A stretch of DNA of 64,000 bases, taken from NCBI RefSeq assembly GCF_964188315.1, contig NC_135655.1:32054001-32118000 (forward strand), written 5' to 3'. Positions 50,201-62,177 of the stretch are shown in pieces. Within the stretch, counting starts at the first letter, position 1; each line of letters opens with the position of its first letter. The stretch comes from Podarcis muralis. Taxonomy: Eukaryota. The notes below the pieces were generated by a model that did no database searches, was not told where the DNA came from, and saw only the letters and a program-made list of their open reading frames with translations. The position numbers were made by a program, and so were the translations under genes.

Positions 50201-51701
50201 TATTGTGTGCATGCTGAGCATTATTGGTTCCTTCAGATATAAAACTCTTATAATTCAGTACACTTGTAAAATAACTAACAGAAAATAAAGATTTCTGGTT
50301 TTTAGGACCCTCATGATTTTCTTCCTTTGCAGTACCTTGACCTATACTATATGATAACTCATCTACAACTGATTCCTGTGGACTCTCAACAGTTACATAC
50401 TCATGCCCTGGTTGATTATCTGATGTAACCCTATTATAATCAATCAAACTGTTATACATACTTTCATACCAACCTGACTGGTCATTTGTTCTTTCTGACT
50501 CCTTTGTTACAGCTTTAATTTTACTGTTTTCCATAACTTGATTGTCTGGTATTGAATCCTGTTCTGCATAGGGAGACTTAAGTCCTTTATCACCAAGCAA
50601 AGGTGATGGACTTGCTGCATCCTTTACGTCTGCATGCTCATCTGCTAACTGCGCATCAGAATCTGTTTTTCTAACATGTATGCCTGGGGCTTCTTGGACA
50701 TATTTTTCTTTCACTTGTTCTTCGTAAAGAGTAGGTTCAGCTGCTTGCTTTGGGGTTTCTTGAACAATTTTTTCTTCGTCTCGTTCTTCATAGGGCATCA
50801 GTCTGCCTGTTTGCTTTCTCAAGCCATCGTCCGTTAAGCTTGATTCTTCACTTGGATGCTGTTCTTCATCTTGATCTGCTTCTCCTCCACCTGCAAGCTT
50901 TTCTTTGTCTGCATTTTCTTCAGCGTAACGAAAAGGCAAAATATTACTGAATTCCAGATCAAACCAGCTTGATTCAGTTTGTTCGGAATTGCTATGTTCT
51001 TTTATTCCTTCTGACGCGGTAGAACTGCCATGGTGGCCGGCATTGCCAGCAATGGTGGAGCTGTCGTGGATTTCTGGATCATTTTCTTTGTACAGCAGAT
51101 CAAGTTCTGATTTGTCACTTCCAAGATGCATCAAATCTGCGAAAGTACTTTTAAACCAGCTGGAGCCTTGTGGTGCTGTTTCACCCTCTTCGTTTAATTT
51201 TTTAAAGCCACTATCATCAGTTATTGCTATTTTCCTGCGCCTGAATGTAACTTCTTCTGTTTTCTGTGATATTTTTCTGACCGCCTCCTCATTTTCATTA
51301 CTTCCCAAGCCAAGCCAGCCAACAAAACCAGACACAGTCCAGGCCGACTGAGTTGGGACAGCTTGCGGAGTCTGACTAATTTGGTCTTCTTCCGGAGTAG
51401 TCTCATCTTGTCTGGTCTCCCTGTCGCTGAGTTCTGTATCACCATAGCTTGTAGTTTCCAGCGTATGCAGGTCTTTGTATTTACTGTCAGATTCATGACT
51501 GTCAGGAAATTGTTCTTTATATTCATTTGGGTAAGAAATACCTCCAAGTTTCAAGGCTTCATCTTCAGGCATTTCAAATTTGGTGTCTTTTTCTTCTGAG
51601 TACGGAGGTATATATTCATTTTCTTTGTCATAATGATTAAGTATGCTGTCTTCATTTTCAAAAACGTATTCCCCTCCATCAATACAAAGGAAATCAGTTT
51701 C
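47273..51701 (-). CDS. MIA2: MIA2 (TALI) exon 4, long form (4429 nt; luminal acidic linker plus helical region)
   Basis: tatttttag|GAA ACT GAT TTC CTT TGT (ETDFLC); 1476 uninterrupted codons; donor G|gtacca. Internal in-phase donor at 50474/50473. Confidence 0.85.
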
Positions 51702-52371
51702 CTAAAAATAAGCAAGTGTCTGAAGTTAATACGCTACTACCCATTTAATACAACTCTACTATTTGTTAACATTATATCATTATGAATATTTTTTAAAAGC
51801 ATGCAAATGTTCCAACAGGGAAATTATGAAATAATTAAGTTGTTAAATAATTGTGAAATGTACATTCTCTTTAAAATTTAACACAAGGAATATTTAAAAC
51901 AGAGCAACTTTATTAATCATTTTTATGAGACCAAGATGAGTAGTTCATGCATTTGAAAGAGTTCTTTAGAACATGTTTTACACACATGCAAATGTATATT
52001 CTTATGCATATTTGTTGGAAGCGGCAGTGATAGATGTTAAGTTGTGAGTGAACAAATCAGACGACACAGCGATTCTTCAAACAGCTCTTGTTTGTTCACA
52101 GGCCCAGAACAGAACTGGACTGAAGAGTTCAGCCAACCTGCTTATATAGAGCTCAACTACAAAGCAACAGTAACAACTTTCTATCCAATCACTGAACGTC
52201 ACTTTCAATTCCTTATTTGCATATGTGGACCTGAGTGAAAACTATCTACAGTACCCCCCTGCTGGCCCAGGGTGAGTAAATAACAATAGACACTTAAAAG
52301 ACTCTGGGGACACAGGCCTTTGCGTAGAGATGGGCAAGTCTCTCAATTTTGGTTTCTCCCAAGTTTCTGTT

Positions 52372-52488
52372 CTTGGAGTTTTTAAAGCAGAGGTTAGATG
52401 GGCATCTGTCATGGAAGCTTTAGTTGAGATGCATTGTAGGAGGTTGGGCTAGATGACCCTCAGGGTCTCTTCCAACTCTAAGATTCTA
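52372..52488 (+). mobile_element. CR1 3' terminal fragment
   Basis: ggagttttttaaagcagaggttagatgg...ccaactctaagattcta tail. Confidence 0.7.
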
Positions 52489-52564
52489 TAACAAGTTTAA
52501 TACATACATTCATATATACATTTCCACAACCAAATATCTCCATTTTGATATTACTTTAATTTAC

Positions 52565-52651
52565 CTTAGTTGGCAGTTCTACTTCTTTTGTAATAAAAGT
52601 TTCTTCAATCCAGACTGCATCCACTGGGAAATATCCAAATTCTGCACCTTT
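52565..52651 (-). CDS. MIA2: MIA2 exon 3 (SH3-like MIA domain)
   Basis: KGAEFGYFPVDAVWIEETFITKEVELPTK; 87 nt. Confidence 0.95.
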
Positions 52652-54158
52652 CTATAAAATTAAACATGTAGCTTTTTATTATAAAAGAAATGGGGTTTTG
52701 TACTTAAAATTGACATACAACAAATACAATTGTGAGAAGAATCTCTGCACTTATTTCAATTAAGTCTGGATAAAAAAAACAAACTTATCTCAGAAAATTT
52801 TCTCTCCCGCTTCATAAAAATACACAAAGTAATAGTACTTTTAATGTTATTATTTTGCACATTATTAAAAGTACTCTTGTACATTACAATAACCAGCCAT
52901 TAATTGCTGTTTGGGCCCTACTGGGTACAATAATGGCCTTATCTTGTTCCACAATGTCTCTAGCAAATATTCCCAGTTAATTTATTAGGAAACAGGGATA
53001 TGACCTAGTTGCTTGGCTAATAAAAAAGCACAGGAATGTTCTTGTTTACATAGACCGATGTAATGTAATAGTGAGTGCCTACACTTAATGTGAAATTACA
53101 TCTCTGGAAGGAAATGTTCAAATAAACGATTATGGTTTATGCCAAGAGGATTTAAAAGGATTACACTGCTTGCCACAATATTAACATCACTTTGAAATCT
53201 TACCTAGGGCACAATTTATTAACAGTAGGAAACAAATAAGTAACATATTGCCCCCTGCCCCACCAAGGGAGAGTTATAAACCACACACACAGTTATATAT
53301 TGCATTACTGTGTTGTATTATATTAATGCCAAAAGATTATGAATACCTGTAACATTTGTTAATGGCACTATGTGATGAAGCACTCACTCCGGTGGCAAAG
53401 TGGACCACAGATTTGAGTGACTTATTTTTCTCACATGCTGATCCTGCTAGTTCATGAGAACTACCACTGATTTTGTAAAGACAACATGGCCTGATTCAGA
53501 GTGCTGACCACCCATAAACTGTGAGGTGTGGAAACACTGTACAGTTTTTATTCATGGAAACAAATACTTTGTCTAAATTCTAGGAACCTTCCTTACCCAG
53601 AAACTTCCTTTGCTGCAAAAGGGGGGTGGGGCTTATGGCTCGCATAGATCTTGATAAGTTTGCTCTCAGGGTTACAGCAGCCAAATCTACAGAGCAATCT
53701 TTTTCATGCACTGCAGGGCAGCAGGGGGTGTTCCCTTTGGATCGACACCATTTCAGAATAAAATTATTGAAGAAAAGTATAATTTTCCCTGCAGCTAAAT
53801 GCATGCTGAATTTTCTACCTGTGAAAGTGGTATCATAACTTACCTCTGAAACGTTTGTGAAACTTACCTGGCTAGCATTTTTAAATGTCTCAACATATTC
53901 ATGGAAAAGTGTCTAGCCCACTGAAAAACCACTTATGAATAACCACTGCTTATTTTCTATAAAAAGGTGCCGGTACTCACCATGAAGTTGTTACAGTGAG
54001 TGCCACACTTTTAACCAGTGCTTTTCTTCTGGACAAAAATGGTGCTGTTATTGTGTACTCTTGAGTACCCCAGGAAAAAAACACTGAATAACCAATCTGT
54101 TGATATAAGTGAATTCTGATTGCTCATAAGAGAAATAGTTGCCTTTTGAAATACTTAC

Positions 54159-54292
54159 ACTTCCTGCCCACAAGTCCTCCCTTTTCCTGGAGAGTTTGGA
54201 GTATACGATTATCTCTTCGCCAGTTTTGAAGTTCAAATAGCGGCAGTCAGGTCCTATGTAGTCTTTAATGGCTAGCACTCTGCTCATGAAAG
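54159..54292 (-). CDS. MIA2: MIA2 exon 2 (SH3-like MIA domain)
   Basis: TFMSRVLAIKDYIGPDCRYLNFKTGEEIIVYSKLSRKREDLWAGS|gtaagt; 134 nt. Confidence 0.96.
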
Positions 54293-54430
54293 CTGCATGT
54301 ATGTAAAAAACAGAGGAAACTTAAGCAAAGTTAATCAAATGTAGTCTGGATTTGATCTTATACATGTGGCTTCAGACAGTCATAGAATCATAGAATTGTA
54401 GAGTTGGGACCACGGGGATCATGTACTGTA

Positions 54431-54870
54431 CAGTGATACCTTGTTTTACAACCATAATCCATTCCGGAGGTCCAGTTGTAAACCAAAACAGGTTGTAACC
54501 CAAGGTGCGCTTTCGCCAATAGGGCCTCCCCCCCAAATAAAGGGTTGTAATCCCCAAAAAAGGGACACACACGTCAGGGTTTGGCGTGGTTGTAATCCAA
54601 AACGGTTGTAGAGTGGTACTTCGGGTTACATACGCTTCAGGTTACAGACTCCACTAACCCAGAAATATTACCTCGGGTTAAGAACTTTGCTTCAGGATGA
54701 GAACAGAAATCGTGCTCCAGCGGTGCAGCTGCAGCAGGAGGACCCATTAGCTAAAGTGGTGCTTCAGGTTAAGAACAGTTTCGTGTTAAGAACGGACCTC
54801 TGGAACGAATTAAGTACTTAACCTGAGGTACCACTGTAATCCAAAATGATTGCAAACCAAGGTACCACTG
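54431..54870. mobile_element. Tc1/mariner-type MITE (outer)
   Basis: TA|cagtgataccttgttttacaac ... ttgcaaaccaaggtaccactg|TA. Confidence 0.85.
54611..54836. mobile_element. Tc1/mariner-type MITE (inner, nested)
   Basis: TA|gagtggtacttcgggtta ... taacctgaggtaccactg|TA inside the outer MITE. Confidence 0.85.
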
Positions 54871-55237
54871 TAGTTCAATCCCTTGCAATGCAGGTATCTT
54901 TCACCCAAAGTGTGCCTTGAACACGACCTTGAAATTAAGAGCCTCATGATCTACCGACGGACCTATCCCAGCTGTCCTAAAGTTTAAAATCTACTCTCCT
55001 CCCGAATAATATGTTGCCACATGCAAAAATCACAGTACATGTCCGAAACACACTGGCATTGCATTTACATTATTTGTGTACATTAGATATCCTCTTGTCC
55101 TAGAAGATGGGGGGAATTTCACCTCACTTTAAATGAAATGTTTTACCACTTACTACAGAAACAACAAAATCCTGTACACATTTTTTCAGAAATGGTTAGT
55201 CTCACTATGCAATTCTTAAAATAAACGAACAAACTTA

Positions 55238-55739
55238 GAATCATAGAGTTGGAATAGACCACAAGGGCCATCGAGTCCAACCCCCTGCCAAGCAGGAAAC
55301 GCCATCAGAGCACTCCTGACATATGGTTGTCAAGCCTCTGCTTAAAGACCTCCAAAGAAGGAGACTCCACCACACTCCTTGGCAGCAAATTCCACTGTCG
55401 AACAGCTCTTACTGTCAGGAAGTTCTTCCTAATGTTTAGGTGGAATCTTCTTTCTTGTAGTTTGGATCCATTGCTCCGTGTCCGCTTCTCTGGAGCAGCA
55501 GAAAACAACCTTTCTCCCTCCTCTATATGACATCCTTTTATATATTTGAACATGGCTATCATATCACCCCTTAACCTCCTCTTCTCCAGGCTAAACATGC
55601 CCAGCTCCCTTAGCCGTTCCTAATAAGGCATCGTTTCCAGGCCTTTGACCATTTTGGTTGCCCTCTTCTGGACACGTTCCAGTTTGTCAGTGTCCTTCTT
55701 GAACTGTGGTGCCCAGAACTGGACACAGTACTCCAGGTG
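55238..55739 (-). mobile_element. CR1 LINE 3' fragment, young
   Basis: [23 protein letters not shown]...[29 protein letters not shown]; ctctatgattcta tail; possible 7-bp flanking repeat aaactta. Confidence 0.92.
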
Positions 55740-56152
55740 AAACTTAAATTAATTGTTTGCGCTGAGTAGCGTTTGGTTAGAATTTCCTCTAATGGTATCC
55801 TAAATAAGTTTAATGTTTGTATATGAATACACATTCTTCTTGTCTTTTTTTCTACTACACATGCGTTTCAGCACGCAGTTTTAGTTTTCCAGTTCCACAA
55901 AAACGCACCTAGAGCACACACTATGAATTCTGCGAACTGAATTTTTTCTTCATTTTACGACGAATGCTAAGCGAGAAACACATTATGGAGTAATTAGAAA
56001 TACATTCCAAAATAGATTTTAACAAGACTGCTAAACTAAATTTGGGGGCGCTGGGCAGATTTTTGCAACCAGGCAGAGCATATGCTAAAGACGGTCCTGT
56101 GCATAAATCATGCCCAGGAACACTGTAATAGACAAGTCCTACACATCTGCAC

Positions 56153-56502
56153 GGGACGCGGGAGGCGCTGTGGGTTAAACCACAGAGCCTAGGACTTGCC
56201 GATCAGAAGGTCAGCGGTTCGAATCCCCACGACGGGGTGAGCTCCCGTTGCTCAGTCCCAGCTCCTGCCAACCTAGCAGTTCGAAAGCACGTCAAAGTGC
56301 AAGTAGATAAATAGGTGCCGCTCCGGAGGGAAGGTAAACGGCGTTTCCGTGCGCTGCTCTGGTTCGCCAGAAGTGGCTTAGTCATACTGGCCACATGACC
56401 CGGACGCTGTACCCCGGCTCCCTCGGCCAATAAAGCGAGATGAGCACCGCAACCCCAGAGTTGGTCACGACTGGACCTAATGGTCAGGGGTCCCTTTACC
56501 TT
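56153..56502 (+). mobile_element. Sauria SINE, full length
   Basis: gggacgcgggaggcgctgtgg head, ggttcgaatcc B box, acctttacctt tail; 13-bp TSD tacacatctgcac. Confidence 0.92.
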
Positions 56503-57252
56503 TACACATCTGCACAAACACTCCACCTCACAGTCCTATTGACGAGCATTTCACTAGTATATAACATTAACAGGCAGCACAGTCCTATGCATGTTCTCTC
56601 AGAGACAAGGCCATTGTATTCAATGAGTCTTGCTTCTTGTATATACAACTGCAGCCTTAGCCGCAATCCGAAGCGTTCTTAACTTGGGTTGGGAGTAAGA
56701 CTCATTGAACTCACCCAGTGGCACTTCCTTCTGAGGAAATATACAGGAGATAGTGCTACAAACAGTGCAGTTTTAAGGCAAGGTACAAAAGCAATAAGAT
56801 TTCACAAGGTGCTAAGAAAAATAGAAAGACAACCGAATCAACCCAAATATATGGTATAGATTTAGTAGAACACTAGTAATTTGTATACATAACTAAAATA
56901 GAAATACTGTAAATATTAATCAGGCCCTTTTGGAAAGTAAGAGATTTTGAATAAGCACAGGGACAATTCTGACGAAAACTAGGCCCCTGTTTTGATAACA
57001 AGCTTTTCTACTGAACTTTGCCCTTTTACATATGCTACAACACCATTCCACCAAATGGCTTCCCATAAAGCATTTGTCTGTTGTTGAAAATATACAGGTT
57101 AATCATGCATAAAGCTAATATTTTGCAAACATTTCTTGAAGTATATATTGCATTTTCAAAAAAATTTCTTGCTTTGTTTTGTTTTACAGATTTTGACGAC
57201 ACTTAAATTAGTTTCAAAGAAGCTTACTTAAAGCAAAAGCCCTTATACTTAC

Positions 57253-57367
57253 TTTCGCATTCTGGATCGCCACACTTTTTGTGGCCTGACAACAACTTTG
57301 TGCTCTTGGTGATAGTTAGCAATGAAAAGATCAAAAACAAAATTCTGATTTCCCAAATCGGCAGCAT
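57253..57367 (-). CDS. MIA2: MIA2 exon 1 (signal peptide)
   Basis: MLPIWEIRILFLIFSLLTITKSTKLLSGHKKCGDPECE-A|gtaagt; KKCGDxEC is the MIA-family signature; 115 nt. Confidence 0.93.
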
Positions 57368-57521
57368 CCTAAACGGTTAAAAAAAGCTGATCCCTGACAG
57401 AATAAAAAAGAAAAAACGGATTGTGTCTTGGCAATAGAAGTCTGAAACATCATTCACCCCCCTCCATTTAGTTAATATATATGTATTTTAAATCTTTTTG
57501 GTTCCATTTTCCTTCTACCTC

Positions 57522-57597
57522 CAAAGTCCACTTGCATAAATGCCCTTTCAACAAGCTGCTCAGTGAACTGTCCTGATTAAGTGGCTTAATGATTAAC
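57522..57597 (-). promoter_or_regulatory. Putative hepatic promoter module of MIA2 (HNF4, C/EBP, HNF1 motifs)
   Basis: CAAAGTCCA 57522-57530; TTGCATAA 57532-57539; CTTAATGATTAAC 57585-57597 (12/13 to GTTAATNATTAAC). Confidence 0.6.
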
Positions 57598-58281
57598 TGT
57601 GTGTGACAATATGGACTTGGAATTTGAAATGAAAAAGGCGCTTTCAGTCAAACTACAGACTATAGATGTACCAATAGCCTCATTTGCATCAGCAAGTTAT
57701 TGGAGCGCTTTGTGGAACTTTAGATGCAATGTAGAGAAAGATGTAATATGAATTAACAGGCAATACTACAGAATATTCCAAAACCCTGATGTTCTGTTAC
57801 TGCTGCTTTAAATTTTGCTCAGAGTATGTTTTTAGTGATCTTAATAACACAATTTTGTGTTTTTATTATTGTTGCTGATTGTACTTTGTATGTGGCCACA
57901 GTATTTGGTATTGTGCATTACCCTGGGATCACTCTGATGAAGAGCAGCCAATAAATTTAACAAACAAATAAACAATTGCAGGTCTACATTTTATTTCACC
58001 TTATAAATCAGAGATGGAGCACCTATGGCCCTCCCTACCTCCCACCATCGCTCATCATTGGCAACTTGGCCTATAAACATCCGGAGGGCCACAGGTTCCT
58101 TATACTAATGCATTATATATTCTACAAGGGTTGCAGCAGGCTTGTGAGATACTGGACATGGAAAAGTGCCTTATATGGTACAAAATTCTTCCATTTGTAT
58201 CACACTCTTGTTTCCATGAGCTCATGATGGTGTACACAGCTATCTAATTTTATCATCACAATAATCCAGTGAGGTTAATTA

Positions 58282-59348
58282 CCGTATTTTTCCCTCTATA
58301 ACACGCAGATTTTTTCTTCTAAAAAGGAAGGGGAAATGTCTGTGTGTGTTATAGAGCGAATGTGTGGTCCCTGGAGCAGAAAAATCAGGCAAAAATCAAA
58401 TCGCGCTTCACGGAGAAGGGAAACATGAAAAGAGGAAGTGGCTGCTTTCCTGCATTCTACCTCAGGGTCTTACTGCCCACCCTCCTCTGTTTCGTTGCTG
58501 TGTTTGCTGAAACGGAACAAAGAGCAGGGAAAGCCCCTCCCCTCCAGGCAAGCAGAGGGGAAAGTGTCCTCTCTGTGCTCCGTCTCTGTGCTCTGGTACT
58601 GCTGGGGGAGAAGGAGGGGGGGGGAGGGAGAGAGAGAGGGAGGGAGGGAGGGAGGGAGAGAGAGAGAGAGCGAGAGAGAGAGAGATATGGCTGGCTTGGG
58701 TGGGGGGAAACTTTTGCCTTTCTTTCCTCCCTCCCGTTAAATCCCTCTCCTGCATTCTTAGCCAGCTGCTTCTCTGCACACCCCTCTCATGTCCCTTCTT
58801 TGTTTTTCCTTCGCTCCCCACTTAAAATGTGGTTACAAAGCATAGATCCACATGGATCCTCAGGATCTTTGCATTGGGTCACCCCAAATTCACCATCAGA
58901 TCACATAGCATGTCCATGGCTACAGCCTGCACCAAAAAAATCACGAACCCACTGTTGCCTGGGGCTGCAATGGTGCAAAAATGTCGTTACAAAGCATGGA
59001 TCCACAGGGATTCTCAGGATCTTTGCATTGGGTCACCCCAAATTCACCATCAGATAACATAGCATGTCCATGGCTACAGCCTGCACCAAAAAAATCACGC
59101 ACCCACTGTTGCCTGAGGCTGCAATGGTGCAAAAACGTGGTTACAAAGCATGGATACACAGGAATTCTCAGGATTTTTGCATTGGGTCACCCCAAATTCA
59201 CCATCAGATCACATGTCTGTGGCCACAGCATGAAGCACAAAAATGATACATCCACTGTTTCATTCAGAATGTTTTTTCCCTTGTTTTCCTCCTCTAAAAA
59301 CGATGTGCGTGTTATGGTCAGGTGTGTGTTATAGAGCGAAAAATACGG
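58282..59348. mobile_element. TA-flanked non-autonomous DNA transposon (Tc1/mariner/pogo superfamily)
   Basis: TIRs ccgtatttttccctctataacac / gtgttatagagcgaaaaatacgg; TA on both sides. Confidence 0.85.
58827..59214. repeat. 154-bp tandem repeat, 2.5 copies, inside the transposon
   Basis: Units start at 58827, 58981 and 59135. Confidence 0.92.
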
Positions 59349-60434
59349 TAGGTAACTTGGCTATAGTTACCCAGTGAGCTCAACAACTGAATAGTGATTT
59401 GAAACCAAATATCATTGACCCAAGTCCATCAGCCTATCCAACAGATATTTCCTTTTGTGTCTTACAGCCTTCATTTGGAAGGTAGCCTATGTTCAATCAA
59501 GCTTATTGCCAAGTAAGGCTTGCTGCTTTCATGTGGTGTATCTCAGCTTCTTATTCTTCGCTCTCATCTGTTACCTGTCTGGTCTTCTCACTTCAACTGC
59601 CTTTTCCTAACTCCTTTTCATCCAAGGTTCTTTTTCCCTCCCATTTATATCTTCCCTCTCATTGGTCAACCCAAATGTTCTATTACAGACTGCCCATCCA
59701 GCATACAGGCATTGCACTAGTAGATCAAGAAAAAGTAGTGTTGCTTGCTCTGAGCACCACATTGTAATTTCAGGTTTCCTTTATTATCCCATATAACGTA
59801 ATAATGATATTGTTGGTGCCAAGGGGGGGCGGGGAAATACTATAGTATAGAAAAGAGAATTCCTGGATTCCAAAATCCAAGTTTAGAGCAATTACTTTTT
59901 GGTGAGACAACCCCAGCAGATTTAAATTCACAAAATATGCAGCATGGAAATAAAGGCTTTAAAACATGTCCCCTTAAAAAGTTTTCCCAGCATAGGAAGA
60001 AGGCCACATATTGGGTAATTTAAAAAATGGTTTACTTACAAATTCTTCAAAGGTCAGATTCGTGTGCTTCAGAAAAGTTGCAGAGGCAGTAAAACTTGGC
60101 TTCCTTACAAAGTGGTGAAAGTTTCTAGATGATTTGTATAGGAGCTCAAGAATGGCTGATGAGAGCTATGCGGTTGAGCTGGAACAACCAGTTCAAACCT
60201 CTTCACACAGAGAGCTTCTTAGGGAGACTGCAGGAGAACAAAAACTTTATTACCTAGTTCCTCCCAAGGTGAGCGGAAGTGGACATAGCTAAGCCTGGCA
60301 GGTCAGCTTACTCTATGGTCTTAACCCCCTTCATGCATTAATTTGACTTAAATATATTGACTATATGAGGCTGCTTATCTCTCAAAAGTGCTGATGCTGT
60401 CTACTCAGTTAATGTTGAATCACCTCAGCAAATA

Positions 60435-60607
60435 ACATAGGAAGCTGCTGTACGTTTAACCAGCCCATGGACCCATTTAGCTCAGCATTGTCTACATCAT
60501 TTGGCATCAACTACCGAAGGTTTCAGACAAGGGATCTCTCCCAGTCCCACTTAAAGTTGCTGGGGCCTTCTGCATGCAGAGATGCTCTGCCACTGAACGG
60601 CATCCCT
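60435..60607 (-). mobile_element. Degenerate tRNA-derived SINE with CR1-like tail
   Basis: Head remnant ttcagtggcagagcatctctgcatgcagaagg; tail gcagcttcctatgt. Confidence 0.5.
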
Positions 60608-61856
60608 TCTTTTTGATGAAACATGTTGGGCAATTTAGGTTGCCACACACTCAGCTTGGAGCAAGTTCCAATGGGACTTTTGAGTACGTATGCATAAAAC
60701 CAAACTGATAATCTTCTTTAAAAAAATAATTAACCTGGAGGTTCATATCTCCTCTTTCTTTATTTTTGGGCATTTTTGTTGCTGCTATTCTTCCCTTTTC
60801 CTTCTGCACTTAACCTCCCCGCCCCCCCCCCAAAAAACACTAGTTTGCCCTCTTATAAAATGGCCATTTAATTGTCAATGGAAAGTTTCACATTGGCCCT
60901 TGTTGATTTGCATTTTGTTCCTATTTGTTTACCTTGATTATTTAAAACCTAAAATTTGTAAAGGCACTGTGGTACACATGGTACATAGTGGAACATAGAG
61001 AGATGCTTCTTAGGGGCATCTTCAGAGCTCTTTCCTTCTGCTGGAGATTAATTATAATCCAAGCATCTTCCAAAAGAGAAATTTTATTAGGGTTGGATAC
61101 TTTCAACAAAAAGAGCACCCAGTCCCTGGGACATTAAAAAGATTTTTAGCTTCGAAAAAGAGCAAAGCATTGCACCACCCAAACAACTGTCTTTCCAAAC
61201 CTATCAACTGATAATGTCTCCTTAGACATAAAGATATCTGAACCAGGACTAAACTTTAATGTGATTTAACTGGGAGGGTGTTATGTTAAATTGCTTTATC
61301 CTCTTGGGAATATGAAGTGTAATACCAATGTTTAAAGCAGAAACAAGACTACCTTTTGTGAAATGTTCTTCTTAGCCTTCTAATGCTTGCTTGTTGCATT
61401 TTACGCCCATTCTCTTTGAATCATATTTGAATTTGTCACCAGTCCCATGCTGCAGAACACTCTTCCAGTAGTTTCCACAAGCATCCTTTGACTTTTAGAT
61501 CTCTTGAAGATCTTGAAGATCTTTTTATTCTAACAGATATTTGCAGCTGTTCAATTTTTATCTTCATTAACCAGTCAAATTAATGATTATCCCTATTTTT
61601 ATTTATACTCTTTAAAATGGCATCTTTTAACTGTAAACCATATTGATATTTTATATGGCAGTATAGAATTTTATAAATAAATTGCATCTCCTTTAGTAGT
61701 GTGGTTCCCTTTTGGTTCCTTCTCAAATTGTTGCTCCTCTCAGTATCTCCACCTCTAACTGGAACCTGGCTGCCTCATCTGAATGCTTTCATGGCTGTTA
61801 CCCTGAACATCAAGATTACTATTATTACAATATTAGCATAGTCAGCTTATGACATA

Positions 61857-62177
61857 CCGTATTGGCCTGAATATAAGCCGCACCTGAATATAAGTTGCAC
61901 CTTTAAAATTGGAGGGGGGAGAAGAAAAAATACCCGAACATAAGCCACTCCTCTCCTAGCTGCTCCTGGCTGCATACTGGGCGGCGGCGGGGGGGGGCAC
62001 ACGCTGCATTGCCAGCGGCCTTTCCCCTTCCTCACTCTCTCCCTTCCTGGCCTTGGGAGAGAGGACACACCTGGCGCTGTTTGCCCCAAACTCCTGGCTG
62101 CATGAATATAAGCTGCACTTTTAACTTTTCAGTCGGAATTTGGGGGGAAAGTGCGGCTTATATTCGGGCCAATATGG
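61857..62177. mobile_element. TA-flanked MITE (ccgtatt TIR family)
   Basis: TIRs ccgtattggcctgaatataagccgcac / gtgcggcttatattcgggccaatatgg; TA TSD. Confidence 0.88.

Larger units (their letters stand above)
54380..54975 (-). mobile_element. tRNA-Lys-derived SINE with CR1 tail (Squam2-like), interrupted by nested MITEs
   Basis: Head ggtagatcatgaggctcttaatttcaaggtcgtg, body gatacctgcattgcaaggg, tail caattctatgattctatga. Confidence 0.7.

Noticed and set aside
47299-51599. Many + strand ORFs opposite exon 4
   Set aside because: Antisense shadows of the long coding exon.
58344-59334. ORFs with repeated LHWVTPNSPSD peptides
   Set aside because: Translation of the 154-bp tandem repeat; the unit is not a multiple of 3, so the peptide shifts frame.
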